From an uncultured Candidatus Saccharibacteria bacterium (GTDB taxonomy: Bacteria; Patescibacteriota; Saccharimonadia; Saccharimonadales; CAZARM01), in the NCBI GenBank assembly GCA_964463635.1, contig CAYXCB010000003.1:1-61911 (forward strand): a stretch of 61,911 bases of DNA, in the 5' to 3' direction. The notes beneath the pieces are model-generated. The model saw only the letters and a list, made by a program, of their open reading frames with translations. It was not told the origin of the DNA and did not search any database. The translations under genes and the position numbers were made by a program. Below are positions 27,338 through 37,531 of the stretch, piece by piece (positions within the stretch are counted from its first letter, which is position 1; every line of letters starts with the position of its first letter).

Positions 27338-28489
27338 TTAGAAGTGTATGAATTTCAGGTTGCGGGCTAGTTGGGTACCACGGGAGACAATAGCTTCACT
27401 GTACCTGCCCTGCCAATCAGAGTTGTACTGGCTGACTAGAATCGAATCGTCGTCGTAAACATGCTCTACATACATGACATGGCCGTACTGGCCACTATTA
27501 CTAACTACTACATCGCCGACCTGTGGGTTGTTATCAATAGGAATGCCATCGGCTACAGCGTTTTCGTCCCATTCATTAGCATTGCCATGGCCGCCCCAAT
27601 ATGGCATGTGCCGGCCGCTGCGCCAGACCTTCCAGGCCGTATAGCTAACACACTGTCGTTTATACATGCCCCATGGGTCTGGGTAGGAGTTAGGGAATGG
27701 CTGGACGCCAGCCCATGGATAGCCTGAAGTGTCTGGGATGTTGCGCAAGCTACCGAATAATCTGGCATTTTCAGCTGCCTGCTGTCGCCGGAGATCAGAA
27801 ATTCGAGAATTATTGGCTCGGATTTCGGCATCCAGTGCCCCCCGCTGCTCTTGATTTAACGCTAAGATGCCGGCTTGTTCAGCCCGTTGCCCATCTAATA
27901 ATCCACGCATGGTCTGCTGTTCGGCTATAAGCTTCAAGACTTCGTCTTTTTGAGCTTTTAACTGGGCTTTTAAAGCGGTAATCTGGGCTAAGGTTTCATT
28001 GATCTGGTCTTTTACAAAGTTACGGTACTGCTGCTTATCAACGAATTCACTGAGGTCGTTGCTAGTGGCTAGCATTTCGAGGGTACTGATATCACCTTCG
28101 ACATACATTGCCTTGAGGTTCTGTCCTAATAAATCTTCCTGGCGGGCTAGTTCAGCCTCGGCAGCGACAATTTGGGCTTGGAGGTCATCGCTTTTCTTCT
28201 GGTTTTCATTAATCTGAGCTTCTAAGGCACTAATTTGGGCTTGGAGGGCGTCAATTTTGCCCTGCAGGCTATCGGCCTCTATCTTAAGCTGATTGCGCTG
28301 GCCTTGCTTATTGTTGTTCTCAGCCTTGATCGCATTGATCTGATCCTGAAAACTGACTGCGTGAACTAATGGGCCAACTAAAAAGCCCATACCCACAATA
28401 AGAGCGAGGGCTAGCACCGCTAACCGAATAGCTGTCGGCTTTTTGAAGATTTTGTTCATTTTTTGTTTTTTAGAGTACTTATTAAACAT
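27338..28489 (-). CDS. Coiled-coil + CHAP peptidoglycan hydrolase paralog 2
   Basis: Signal peptide, coiled coil, RQCVSY, GNANEW, YGHVMYVE. Confidence 0.9.
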   Translation of the reverse strand: MFNKYSKKQKMNKIFKKPTAIRLAVLALALIVGMGFLVGPLVHAVSFQDQINAIKAENNNKQGQRNQLKIEADSLQGKIDALQAQISALEAQINENQKKSDDLQAQIVAAEAELARQEDLLGQNLKAMYVEGDISTLEMLATSNDLSEFVDKQQYRNFVKDQINETLAQITALKAQLKAQKDEVLKLIAEQQTMRGLLDGQRAEQAGILALNQEQRGALDAEIRANNSRISDLRRQQAAENARLFGSLRNIPDTSGYPWAGVQPFPNSYPDPWGMYKRQCVSYTAWKVWRSGRHMPYWGGHGNANEWDENAVADGIPIDNNPQVGDVVVSNSGQYGHVMYVEHVYDDDSILVSQYNSDWQGRYSEAIVSRGTQLARNLKFIHF

Positions 28490-28571
28490 ACCACACCTTG
28501 TTTAAAATTGTAAAAGTTTGAGAGTTCCAAAAGTCCCCGCCCTAGGCGGGTAAAAATGATTCATTTATATG

Positions 28572-29519
28572 TTATTTGCTGGTTTTGAATTTGAGATACC
28601 GGTGGGTCGCAATGTAGGAAGACGCGGCTCCGATGAATATACCGATTCCCAGTTGCAAAGTCAAGATTAACCAAAAATTCTTTACGAAATAATCGTTAGC
28701 ATAGGTGAGGTCTAAAAGCCCCAAACTATTTGCGCCTAGAGTTGACGAGGCTACAGCGAATAATGAGTTGCAGAGCGCGACTGAAATAACGGCGGATACT
28801 ATGCCGTAGTAAATAGTCTCAAATATAAACGGTCCGCGGATAAACCAGGTGCTAGCGCCCAGCAAGCGCATAATTGTCAGCTCGTCGCGACGGTTGAATA
28901 TAGCCATCTGGATGGTGTTAAAGATAATCAGCATACACACCACAGCAAAGACAATGATTCCGATGGCGCCGATGCGCTTAATCAAGCGAGTGGCGCTGGT
29001 GATGTTGTCGACGGCCGTCTTACGTTCGCCAGAATAAGAAGTTTTAGCAGACTGCAGTTCTTTGATATCTGGTTTTTCTATAAACTCTCGGATTTCATCT
29101 ATCCTATTGGGGTCTTTCGGCTTGATCCTCAGTGAAGCTGGCAATGGATTGTCTATTTGGGCGATGGCGACGCCGAGGTCGGGGCTTTCCTCGCGGTTTT
29201 GCTCCTGGAAATCCTTCAGGGCGTCTTCTTTGGACACAAATGCTACCGATTTAACGTTACTAATGCCTTCAAAATCTTTGATCAGCTGCTTGCGCTGGTC
29301 TTCAGTGACGCTGTCTTTTAGATAAACCGAGATGTCGATGCGATCGGTAATTTGCTGGATAGTGTTGGCAAAAGTGGCGCTGGCAATAACCGAAAACAAC
29401 ACAATCCCGAGCGTAATGACCATGACGGCAATGGCCGCTACAGACAGCCAGGCGTTACGGATAAAGTTCTGGGCGGCTGTTTTGAGAATCCGGCGCTGAG
29501 TATTAAACCAATGGCTCAT
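28572..29519 (-). CDS. ftsX: Cell division ABC permease FtsX
   Basis: NFIRNAWLS, NPLP, IFNTI.MAIFNRRDE..IMRLLGA..WFIRGPF; start ATG 29519. Confidence 0.93.
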   Translation of the reverse strand: MSHWFNTQRRILKTAAQNFIRNAWLSVAAIAVMVITLGIVLFSVIASATFANTIQQITDRIDISVYLKDSVTEDQRKQLIKDFEGISNVKSVAFVSKEDALKDFQEQNREESPDLGVAIAQIDNPLPASLRIKPKDPNRIDEIREFIEKPDIKELQSAKTSYSGERKTAVDNITSATRLIKRIGAIGIIVFAVVCMLIIFNTIQMAIFNRRDELTIMRLLGASTWFIRGPFIFETIYYGIVSAVISVALCNSLFAVASSTLGANSLGLLDLTYANDYFVKNFWLILTLQLGIGIFIGAASSYIATHRYLKFKTSK

Positions 29520-29624
29520 CCCGTTAGAACCCACTTTCCTGGCGTTAATCGGTTAACGTCTGAATCGCCCCTCACATGTTCAGCCGTGCAGTTATACTTG
29601 ATAGTCTTTTGGGTTCTAACGGGA
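29519..29624. mobile_element. 106-bp MITE-like insertion between ftsE and ftsX
   Basis: Perfect 15-bp IR TCCCGTTAGAACCCA/TGGGTTCTAACGGGA flanked by direct repeat CTCA (29515-29518, 29625-29628). Confidence 0.8.
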
Positions 29625-29625
29625 C

Positions 29626-30318
29626 TCACTTGGTAATTCCCTTGTTATATTCGGCGTTGGCGCGGTCACTGACCACTTGCCCGTCACTAAGCGTAATCAC
29701 CCGCCGCTTGAGTTTATTAACGATATCCTGGTTGTGGGTCGTCAGCAGCACAGTCGTACCGTAGCGGTTAATTTTTTCTAGAACCTTTATTACGTCCCAA
29801 GCATGCTTGGGGTCAAGGTTTCCAGTCGGCTCGTCGGCTATCAGGATCTTTGGCTGGCGCACGATGGCCCTGGCTATGGCAACCCGCTGGCGTTCACCAC
29901 CGGACAGTTCGTTGGGCATACGCTTCTCTTTGCCTTTTAGCCCGACTATGTCTAGCACGCGCGGCACAGTGTGCCGGATTTCTTTATTACCAAAACCTAC
30001 GATCTCTAACGCAAACGCCACGTTTTCAAAAACATTTTTGCCTTGCAGAAGTTTAAAATCCTGAAAGACCACGCCGATCTTGCGGCGCAGCAGTGGGATG
30101 TCCCTGTCCTTTAGCTTATCGTAGTCAATGCCGCCGATGACGATTTTGCCGCTGGTTTGGCGCTCTTCCCTGGTCAGCAGTTTTAGAAGCGTTGACTTGC
30201 CGGCGCCCGAGGAGCCGATAATAATAACGAATTCTTTCGGTTCGACGTGCATGGTAATACGATCAAGCGCCGTACTGGTGCGATTGTAGACTTTTGTCAC
30301 CCGATCTAGCAATATCAT
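29626..30318 (-). CDS. ftsE: Cell division ATP-binding protein FtsE
   Basis: GSSGAGKST, IGVVFQDFKLL, LSGGERQR, ADEPTGNLD; upstream of ftsX. Confidence 0.95.
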   Translation of the reverse strand: MILLDRVTKVYNRTSTALDRITMHVEPKEFVIIIGSSGAGKSTLLKLLTREERQTSGKIVIGGIDYDKLKDRDIPLLRRKIGVVFQDFKLLQGKNVFENVAFALEIVGFGNKEIRHTVPRVLDIVGLKGKEKRMPNELSGGERQRVAIARAIVRQPKILIADEPTGNLDPKHAWDVIKVLEKINRYGTTVLLTTHNQDIVNKLKRRVITLSDGQVVSDRANAEYNKGITK

Positions 30319-30348
30319 TACGCCCTAGTATAACAAATAAAGCTAGCG

Positions 30349-30669
30349 CTAAGGCAGTTTCAGCAGTGTTCGACGGTTTTTGAAAATGATGTAGCTGCTA
30401 GCGGCCAGCGGCAGAACATGAATTAGCACAATTAGGATCCACCACAGTGACAGTTTATTATTTCGCTCAAAATAATCGACGGTGGTATAGAAGGCCGCGC
30501 CGGCCGCCGGGGTTAAGAATGTAAGGCCGCCGAATACTTTTTCAAAAAGCGACTTGCCGGCTCTTAGGCAAAGCCAGCCAGTTATTAATAAAGGCACAAT
30601 GAAGATCCCAAACATCAACCCGTAAACGACGGCTCCAAACGGCAGCCATTCTATCCAGTCGCTATTCAT
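30349..30669 (-). CDS. Small three-TM membrane protein
   Basis: 106-aa hydrophobic ORF. Confidence 0.6.
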   Translation of the reverse strand: MNSDWIEWLPFGAVVYGLMFGIFIVPLLITGWLCLRAGKSLFEKVFGGLTFLTPAAGAAFYTTVDYFERNNKLSLWWILIVLIHVLPLAASSYIIFKNRRTLLKLP

Positions 30670-30674
30670 TGATC

Positions 30675-31769
30675 CTACCCCCTGCCATTAATAGCAGTAT
30701 ACTCCAAATAAGCATCAATAAAACCATCCAGGCCGCCGTCCAGCACAGCCTCTGGATCTGAACTTTCATGGCCCGACCTCAAATCCTTAACTTGCTTATA
30801 CGGGTGAAGAACATATGAGCGAATCTGGTTGCCCCAGGCTGCTTGCTCGTTTGGACCTTTTAGTTCCCGCAGGTTTTCTTGGTGCTGCTCCAGCTGAAGA
30901 GCAGCCAGACGCGAGCGCAAAATAGTCATAGCGGTTTCTTTGTTCTGCAGTTGGCTGCGTTCATTTTGAATCGCCACGACCAAGCCGGTTGGCAAGTGTG
31001 TTACCCGGACAGCTGAATCAGTTGTGTTGACACTTTGTCCGCCCTTGCCGCCGCTACGATAAACATCAATTTTCAGGTCTTTTTCATCAATTTCAATCGC
31101 GTCTGGCCGGTCAATTTTCGGCATAACTTCGACTTTCGCGAAGCTGGTCTGGCGTAAATTATCAGAGTTGAACGGACTTAGGCGCACTAGGCGGTGGACG
31201 CCGTGCTCACCTTTTAATTTGCCGTAAACGAAGCTGCCGCTGATTTCAAAAGTAGCACTCTTCAGCCCAGCCTCTTCCCCTGGCGATTCATCTATCATTT
31301 GCAAGGTGTAACCTTGCAAAGAAGACCAGCGGACATACATTCGCAGTAGCATCTGCGCCCAATCTTGGGCGTCGGTACCGCCCGCCCCGGCGTGCAGGCT
31401 AATAATTGCGTCGTGGGCATCATATGGGCCATTGAGTTTGAGCTCGCCTTTGAGTTTTTCAAATACGTCTGCTGTCTCGGCAAGTTGTTTTTCTAAATCA
31501 TGTCGCAAACTTTCGTCGCCTAAAGCCAACATATCAATCGTTTCGTGCAGTGATTCGTCAAGTGCCCGCCAGGGTTTGATACGGTTTTCTAAACTCGATT
31601 GCTGTTTCATATTGGCTTGGGCAGTTTGGTTATCGGACCAAAAGTCAGGTTTAGAAGCGGCTTCACGCAAATTTAATAATTCTTGTTCCAAATCAACAAT
31701 TTTGAGTTGAGTGATGGCGGACGAAATTTCCGCCGCAAGATGTTCGGCCTGCTTCTGTAAATCTTGCAT
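30675..31769 (-). CDS. prfB: Peptide chain release factor 2 (no programmed frameshift)
   Basis: GAGGTDAQDW, SPF anticodon mimic, GGQ; continuous ORF. Confidence 0.97.
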   Translation of the reverse strand: MQDLQKQAEHLAAEISSAITQLKIVDLEQELLNLREAASKPDFWSDNQTAQANMKQQSSLENRIKPWRALDESLHETIDMLALGDESLRHDLEKQLAETADVFEKLKGELKLNGPYDAHDAIISLHAGAGGTDAQDWAQMLLRMYVRWSSLQGYTLQMIDESPGEEAGLKSATFEISGSFVYGKLKGEHGVHRLVRLSPFNSDNLRQTSFAKVEVMPKIDRPDAIEIDEKDLKIDVYRSGGKGGQSVNTTDSAVRVTHLPTGLVVAIQNERSQLQNKETAMTILRSRLAALQLEQHQENLRELKGPNEQAAWGNQIRSYVLHPYKQVKDLRSGHESSDPEAVLDGGLDGFIDAYLEYTAINGRG

Positions 31770-31783
31770 ATAGCTATTCTAGC

Positions 31784-33070
31784 CTACTTCCACAAAACGG
31801 ATATTTTGTCGTGAAGATTATTGACGAACTCATCACTGGCACTGCCTAGGACACCCATGCCCCAGATACTTTCATCAAACAAGGCTTCGCTGATAGCGAT
31901 AATGCGGTTGCGCGACACAGCCTTGATACGTTCCGGCACTTTGTAATAGTCATCGATTTCATCGTCAAAGAAGTATCGGTGGCTGTAGCCCGAAGCCGTA
32001 CCCCCAACTGTCTGGCCGCTGCGTTGGAACCGGCCTAGGGCGTATTGTTTAGCGGACGTAATATCGTCGTCATTTAGTTCGCCGTCAAATACCGCTTTTA
32101 ACTCCCGAGTCATAATGTCAAACAGCGGCGGTGCGTTCTTAGGCATAACCTGGGCGCCAAACCACCAGTTGCTGCTTTCTTTGGTCTGGCCAAAGCCAGA
32201 ACTCATGCTATAAACCAAACCTTTTTCACGGGCACTGCCCAAGATCCGCGAGTACAGTGTTTCGGTTAGCATGGTATTAATAAGACTAAGGGCATCGGAC
32301 TCCGGATCACGCATCCGACGCTTCATAAATGTATCGATGTAAAAGTAGAGGTTTTCAACTGTTGAATTAGGTATAAAAAGCGGTTTGTCTAAGGTTTGGG
32401 GCAACTCGCTCGGTAAATCGACGCGACCCTTGCCTTCTCGTAAGTCCATCGACTCCAGCAGATCCTTAATTATCTTGCGCCGGTCTGGAGATATCGGGCC
32501 GGCAATCACGAAGCGCATATTACTGGTCGAGTGAGTTTTTTTGTAATGCCGGCGGATGTCTTCGAGTTTAACGTTGTCCATTAGCTCTAGCCTCTCCTGG
32601 TCAGTCAGCACAGCAAAGCCGTACGATTCACGCAAAGCCAGGCTCAGGTAACGGAAATGATTATTAGACCTGGCGTTCAGCTCTTCGCGGACATTACCAA
32701 ACTCAGCCTCGAACTCGTCTTCCAGAAACAGCGGCTTAGAAATGGCTGTCACCAGCAAGTCCAGTACCCTGTCCCATTCAAAATCAGCGCATTCTGCTTC
32801 ATATGTAATATCGTAGGTACCAGTACTGGCGTTGCAATAAGCACCGTTTTTCTCAAACTCTGCCTGGAAAAGTCTGGCTTTGGGTACTAGTTCGTTAGCG
32901 CCAAGCAGCACATGTTCCATGAGGTGCGGTGTTTCCCACTTATTTTTTTCGACTAAATATTCCCCGGCCCGGAAATTGATCTCGAAGGTCATCACGCTTG
33001 TATCAGGACAGTTAATCAGCAGCCCGCGGGCGCCGTTTTTAAGTATTATCTCCGATACGTTATGCTTCAT
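31784..33070 (-). CDS. M16 (pitrilysin/insulinase) family peptidase
   Basis: HLMEH inverted zinc motif, NAST, SRI...REKGLVY. Confidence 0.88.
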   Translation of the reverse strand: MKHNVSEIILKNGARGLLINCPDTSVMTFEINFRAGEYLVEKNKWETPHLMEHVLLGANELVPKARLFQAEFEKNGAYCNASTGTYDITYEAECADFEWDRVLDLLVTAISKPLFLEDEFEAEFGNVREELNARSNNHFRYLSLALRESYGFAVLTDQERLELMDNVKLEDIRRHYKKTHSTSNMRFVIAGPISPDRRKIIKDLLESMDLREGKGRVDLPSELPQTLDKPLFIPNSTVENLYFYIDTFMKRRMRDPESDALSLINTMLTETLYSRILGSAREKGLVYSMSSGFGQTKESSNWWFGAQVMPKNAPPLFDIMTRELKAVFDGELNDDDITSAKQYALGRFQRSGQTVGGTASGYSHRYFFDDEIDDYYKVPERIKAVSRNRIIAISEALFDESIWGMGVLGSASDEFVNNLHDKISVLWK

Positions 33071-33073
33071 AAA

Positions 33074-35683
33074 CTACTTGCGCTTCTTGTTTTTCGCTTT
33101 AGTCTTGCGTTGCCGTTCGGCCTTGCGGGCTTTCTTGCGCTTTTCGTGAGCCTGCTTCTCCGCCGCACGCTCAGCCTTACCGGGCACAAAGTCAGTTTCC
33201 TGGAATTCATCGCCGGTAATAATCCTATCAGCGTTATCAACTGACTGCCTAGCTGCACGAGTCAGTTCGGTGTCAGTTGGCGCATCCAGTTCATCAGCGC
33301 TGACCGGCTGGGCATGGAATAAAGCCCTGAGCACGTCATGTCTTAAAGTTTGCTGCATATCGTCGAACAAAACTTGGCCCTGGCGCCGGTATTCAACCAG
33401 CGGGTCGCGCTGACCGACACTGATCCAGTGGATACCTTCACGCAAGTGCTCCATGTTTTCCAGGTGCTCCATCCATAGGTTATCTAGTACTTGCAGGTAA
33501 ATGTCGCGCTCGACTTTGCGCATAATCTCAGGGCTAAAGGCAGCTTCTCTAGACTCGTAAAGCTCCATAGTCTCCTGCTTCAATACATCGCCGAATTTGA
33601 GGGCATCAGTATCAAACAAGCGGTCTAAGGTTTCGTTGTCAAAGGGAAAGACTTCGGTAACATACGATTCAAACTGGTCGGTCGTTAGCAGCGACGAAGC
33701 CGCCAGAGCCGCAACTTCTTCTTCAATCGATAGTTTGATACGTTTTTTGATATCGGCCCGCTCTAACATTTCGCGGCGCATGGCATAGATAGCCCGCCGG
33801 TGACGGTTCATGACGTCGTCATACTGGACGACTGACTTGCGAGCATCAAAATGATAGCCTTCAACCTTTTTCTGGGCGCCTTCCAGGCTTTTGCTGATCA
33901 TGCGGTTTTGGATCGGCGTGTCTTCATCTACTTTCAGCCGATCCATCAGGCTGGCGATGCGTTCGCCGCCGAAAATGCGCATCAGGTCGTCCTCGGTGCT
34001 AACGTAAAATTGGGTAACACCCGGGTCGCCTTGGCGGCCGCTGCGGCCGCGCAGCTGGTTATCAATTCGGCGGGACTCGTGACGCTCACTGCCGAGCACA
34101 AACAAGCCGCCCAGTTCTTTGACGCCCTTGCCGAGCACAATGTCGGTACCGCGGCCAGCGATGTTGGTGGCTAGTGTAACTGCTCCTTTTTCTCCGGCCT
34201 TGGCTACGATTGATGCCTCACGTTCGTTATTCTTGGCGTTTAATATCTGGTGAGGAATCTTGGCTTTTTTGAGTGATTCGCCTAGGATTTCGTTTTTCTC
34301 AATTGATGAGCTGCCGATTAGCACCGGCTGCCCGCGTTTATTAAGGTCTTTAACCTCTTCAACAATTGCCCGGAACTTGCCAGCTTCAGATCTATAAATC
34401 CGGTCGGGACGGTCTTCCCTCACTAGCGGCCGGTTGGATGGAATTTCAACCACGTCTAATTTATAGATCTGGTGGAATTCTTCGCTCTCAGTCGTGGCGG
34501 TTCCGGTCATACCGGACAATTTTTCATATAAGCGGAAGTAGTTCTGGAATGAAATCGTGGCCAGTGTCATCGATTCTTCCTGGACCTCAACGCCTTCTTT
34601 GGCTTCAATCGCCTGGTGCAGGCCTTCGTTATAGCGCCGGCCTTTTAGAAGTCGTCCAGTGAATTCGTCGACAATAACAATTTCGCCGTCGGTCGTGACC
34701 ACGTAATCTTTATCGCGCTTAAACACCGCCTCGGCTTTCATGGCTTGCTCCAGATGGTAAATCGTCCTAATATTCTGCGCGCCATACAAATTATCGATGC
34801 CTAATATGCGTTCGATGTGATCAATCCCATCATCATTGAGAACAACTCGGCGCTGCTTTTCGTCAACTGTATAATCTTCTTCAATTTTGAGGTTGCGGAC
34901 AACTTTGGCGAATTGGGCGTAGGCGTTGCCGCTGGTTACAGATGGCGCCGAAATAATCAAAGGAGTTCTAGCTTCGTCAATTAAGATCGAGTCGACTTCG
35001 TCTACAATCGCGAAGTGCAGCTCGCGCTGGCGCAGCTGGTCGACTTCGCGAACCATGTTGTCGCGTAAATAATCAAAGCCGAACTCATTGTTGGTTCCAT
35101 AAGTAATATCGGCTCGGTAGGCTTCTTGTCGAGTTGCAGGTTTTAAGTGCGCGAAGCGCGGATCTTCATGGTCCTGGTTAGTAAAACTGGCGTCATACAA
35201 ATAAGATTGGTCGCCAACTATAACACCTGTACTTAAGCCCAAGAAATCATAAATCTGTCCCATCCAGCCGGCGTCGCGCTGCGCCAGGTAATCGTTGACA
35301 GTAACTACGTGGACCCCTTTGCTAGTCAGCGCATTCAAATAAACCGGTAATGTTGCCACTAGAGTCTTCCCTTCACCGGTTTTCATTTCGGCCACATTGC
35401 CTTCGTGCAAGGCCATGCCCCCGATCAGCTGGACATCGAAGTGCCGCTGTTTGATGGCACGGTTAGCTGATTCGCGAACGATCGCGAAAGCATCTGGCAA
35501 AAGTTTGTCTAGAGTCTCTTTAGTGAGGCGTTTCTTTAGTAATTCTGTCTGTTCGCGCAGTTTCTTGTCAGGCATTTTTTCATACTTTGAAGCCAGCGCA
35601 TTGATTTCATGCACTCGCTTTCTAAGCCGCTTAACCGTTTTAGCCTGCGGATCACCTAAAACTCGCTTTAGAATTTTTTTCAC
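33074..35683 (-). CDS. secA: Preprotein translocase SecA
   Basis: AEMKTGEGKT, DEVDSILIDEARTP, RRIDNQLRGRSGRQGDPG. Confidence 0.98.
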   Translation of the reverse strand: MKKILKRVLGDPQAKTVKRLRKRVHEINALASKYEKMPDKKLREQTELLKKRLTKETLDKLLPDAFAIVRESANRAIKQRHFDVQLIGGMALHEGNVAEMKTGEGKTLVATLPVYLNALTSKGVHVVTVNDYLAQRDAGWMGQIYDFLGLSTGVIVGDQSYLYDASFTNQDHEDPRFAHLKPATRQEAYRADITYGTNNEFGFDYLRDNMVREVDQLRQRELHFAIVDEVDSILIDEARTPLIISAPSVTSGNAYAQFAKVVRNLKIEEDYTVDEKQRRVVLNDDGIDHIERILGIDNLYGAQNIRTIYHLEQAMKAEAVFKRDKDYVVTTDGEIVIVDEFTGRLLKGRRYNEGLHQAIEAKEGVEVQEESMTLATISFQNYFRLYEKLSGMTGTATTESEEFHQIYKLDVVEIPSNRPLVREDRPDRIYRSEAGKFRAIVEEVKDLNKRGQPVLIGSSSIEKNEILGESLKKAKIPHQILNAKNNEREASIVAKAGEKGAVTLATNIAGRGTDIVLGKGVKELGGLFVLGSERHESRRIDNQLRGRSGRQGDPGVTQFYVSTEDDLMRIFGGERIASLMDRLKVDEDTPIQNRMISKSLEGAQKKVEGYHFDARKSVVQYDDVMNRHRRAIYAMRREMLERADIKKRIKLSIEEEVAALAASSLLTTDQFESYVTEVFPFDNETLDRLFDTDALKFGDVLKQETMELYESREAAFSPEIMRKVERDIYLQVLDNLWMEHLENMEHLREGIHWISVGQRDPLVEYRRQGQVLFDDMQQTLRHDVLRALFHAQPVSADELDAPTDTELTRAARQSVDNADRIITGDEFQETDFVPGKAERAAEKQAHEKRKKARKAERQRKTKAKNKKRK

Positions 35684-35798
35684 GCTTTAATCACACTCCT
35701 TTAGCCCAGTCGATCAGGTCACATACAATAACAGACATTGTACCTCAAAAACAGGGCTGAAGGTAGAGAGCGGTGAGGCTAAAGTTTAGCTTATACCC

Positions 35799-37001
35799 TT
35801 ATTTTTCGGAGGCGCGACCGCTACGAATATCGTCAAGTATGGCTTTTTCCGGCTCAGCCCAACGCTTTTTAGGCTCAATATGGGCTTTACGAAACGCCTT
35901 AATATATATGTCGCGAAGTTGCCCAAGAGTTGTGTTGGGATCTTCAACCATGGTCAAATACTGCTCCCAAGCTTCACTTTTAGGGGGCTTGTCTTCGATG
36001 ACTTCTGAGATGACTTCTCCTTTTGCCCCAAAGATCTGTACCCTCTCCCTCGGGCTACGCCCGTATGCGGATCGCATAACCCTAACCGGCGATAGAGAGC
36101 CCCATTCCATCATTCTTGTATATTGCATGTACTTCTGCTCATTCAAACCGTCAATGCCGACTGTTACGGGAGCATCTGTAATTGCTTCCTCAAGTAATTT
36201 TATGTCCTCAAGCTCTGGAGTGACGATTTGCTCTAGATACATGAGATCATCAGGCTCAAATTTATGATCAGGATGGGCTTTTTTATACTCGTCAGAAACA
36301 GGATGGTCATACAAGAAGCCAGCCCATTTCTCGATTGCTTCTGCGGTGCGTGCTTCCCCACGTGCAGACTCTTGGTTTTTTCTGACTTCTTCTTCTATAT
36401 ATTCCGCTATCCTTTTTCGACCTTCCTCGACATCGGGCGACCAATGACGGAAATTTCTAATCTCTTTTCGCGCGCCGTATGGTATGTCCTGAATCCTCTT
36501 ATCGTCGGAGTATTCTAGTAGATCTTTTAGCTGTTCAAGTTCTGTTTCTTTGGCAAAAATTGGGATAGCTTCTGGTTCTTCACGATCAATAAAGTGTGAG
36601 CCTTTTTTTCTGTAGTACTCATCTTTTAAGTCCCTGATCTCTTTTTCTATAGCAAGAACTGTGTCGGCTAATTTATATGCTGCGCCTTCTGACTCTTGCG
36701 CGCTTCGCGCCTTGTCTTTACTTTTAGCTTCATATTCTCGTTGACCTTTAGAAGCATAGGCAACGTCTAGCGCTTTATCTTTATCCTGAATAACGGTTTC
36801 GGGTATAGCATCGTCAGCAATGTGCTGAACATCAACGTGTTTAGCCGCGGTCGTGTCTCGTGTTTCAGCTGGTTCTACAACTTCGCCAGCTTGAGCATCA
36901 TCGGCTGCAATTGCTTCATCTACATGCGTTGTTACCAGGTCTAATAGTGGATCTTTTGGTAATTCATTGTCCGTTGGGGGCTCTGGGGTTTCACCTGACA
37001 T
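35799..37001 (-). CDS. Charged hypothetical protein
   Basis: 400-aa E/K/D-rich ORF between hpf and secA. Confidence 0.7.
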   Translation of the reverse strand: MSGETPEPPTDNELPKDPLLDLVTTHVDEAIAADDAQAGEVVEPAETRDTTAAKHVDVQHIADDAIPETVIQDKDKALDVAYASKGQREYEAKSKDKARSAQESEGAAYKLADTVLAIEKEIRDLKDEYYRKKGSHFIDREEPEAIPIFAKETELEQLKDLLEYSDDKRIQDIPYGARKEIRNFRHWSPDVEEGRKRIAEYIEEEVRKNQESARGEARTAEAIEKWAGFLYDHPVSDEYKKAHPDHKFEPDDLMYLEQIVTPELEDIKLLEEAITDAPVTVGIDGLNEQKYMQYTRMMEWGSLSPVRVMRSAYGRSPRERVQIFGAKGEVISEVIEDKPPKSEAWEQYLTMVEDPNTTLGQLRDIYIKAFRKAHIEPKKRWAEPEKAILDDIRSGRASEK

Positions 37002-37165
37002 AGTATTTTCCTACTTAACTGTTTCAATTTTAGACTATTTACCAGAATTATACCTCTTGGGCGTCCTTTGTCAATGGTGAATACCCCTGTGTTACCTCTG
37101 GGAAGAGCAGCCCGCCAAAATGTATTTCATTTTGCCGGCGCGATGAGAAACCCAGAATGGGTGTC

Positions 37166-37528
37166 TCATTTCTGCTGGCGACGGAGTTTGGCATACAAGC
37201 GCCGGTGCAACTGGGCGCTGTGGTGAGTGTCTTTATACTTTTTGAGTAAGTTTTTGAGCTTAGCTTCGACTATATCAACGGCTGCAAACATGTTTATAGT
37301 CGTTTCTTTAGTTGTGATGGTGTCTTTGGGCAAATGCATAACTACTTCGCAGGTGCATTCTTTGCGAGTCTTAACTTTACTTTCCTTTAGGAAAACTTCT
37401 GCGTGGATAGATTCACGCACTTTTTTATTTGTGTAGTGGTCGAGCTTGCCGATTTTTTTAATAACGTAATCGTGAAGTTTTTTATCAACTTCGGCATGTA
37501 TACCATGGATTTCAAGTTTTTGGATCAT
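37166..37528 (-). CDS. hpf: Ribosome hibernation promoting factor (RaiA/HPF)
   Basis: L.DYV.KKIGKLD, EV.L, NMFAAVD.VE.KL..L.KYK. Confidence 0.9.
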   Translation of the reverse strand: MIQKLEIHGIHAEVDKKLHDYVIKKIGKLDHYTNKKVRESIHAEVFLKESKVKTRKECTCEVVMHLPKDTITTKETTINMFAAVDIVEAKLKNLLKKYKDTHHSAQLHRRLYAKLRRQQK

Positions 37529-37531
37529 ATG

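Noticed and set aside
30675-31769. Programmed +1 frameshift in prfB
   Set aside because: The ORF is continuous with no CTT-TGA slippery site
35773-36267. Longer antisense ORFs in the track (e.g. 35773-36267, 46570-47151, 6264-6734, 24191-24655)
   Set aside because: They are shadows of well-supported genes on the opposite strand and carry no motifs
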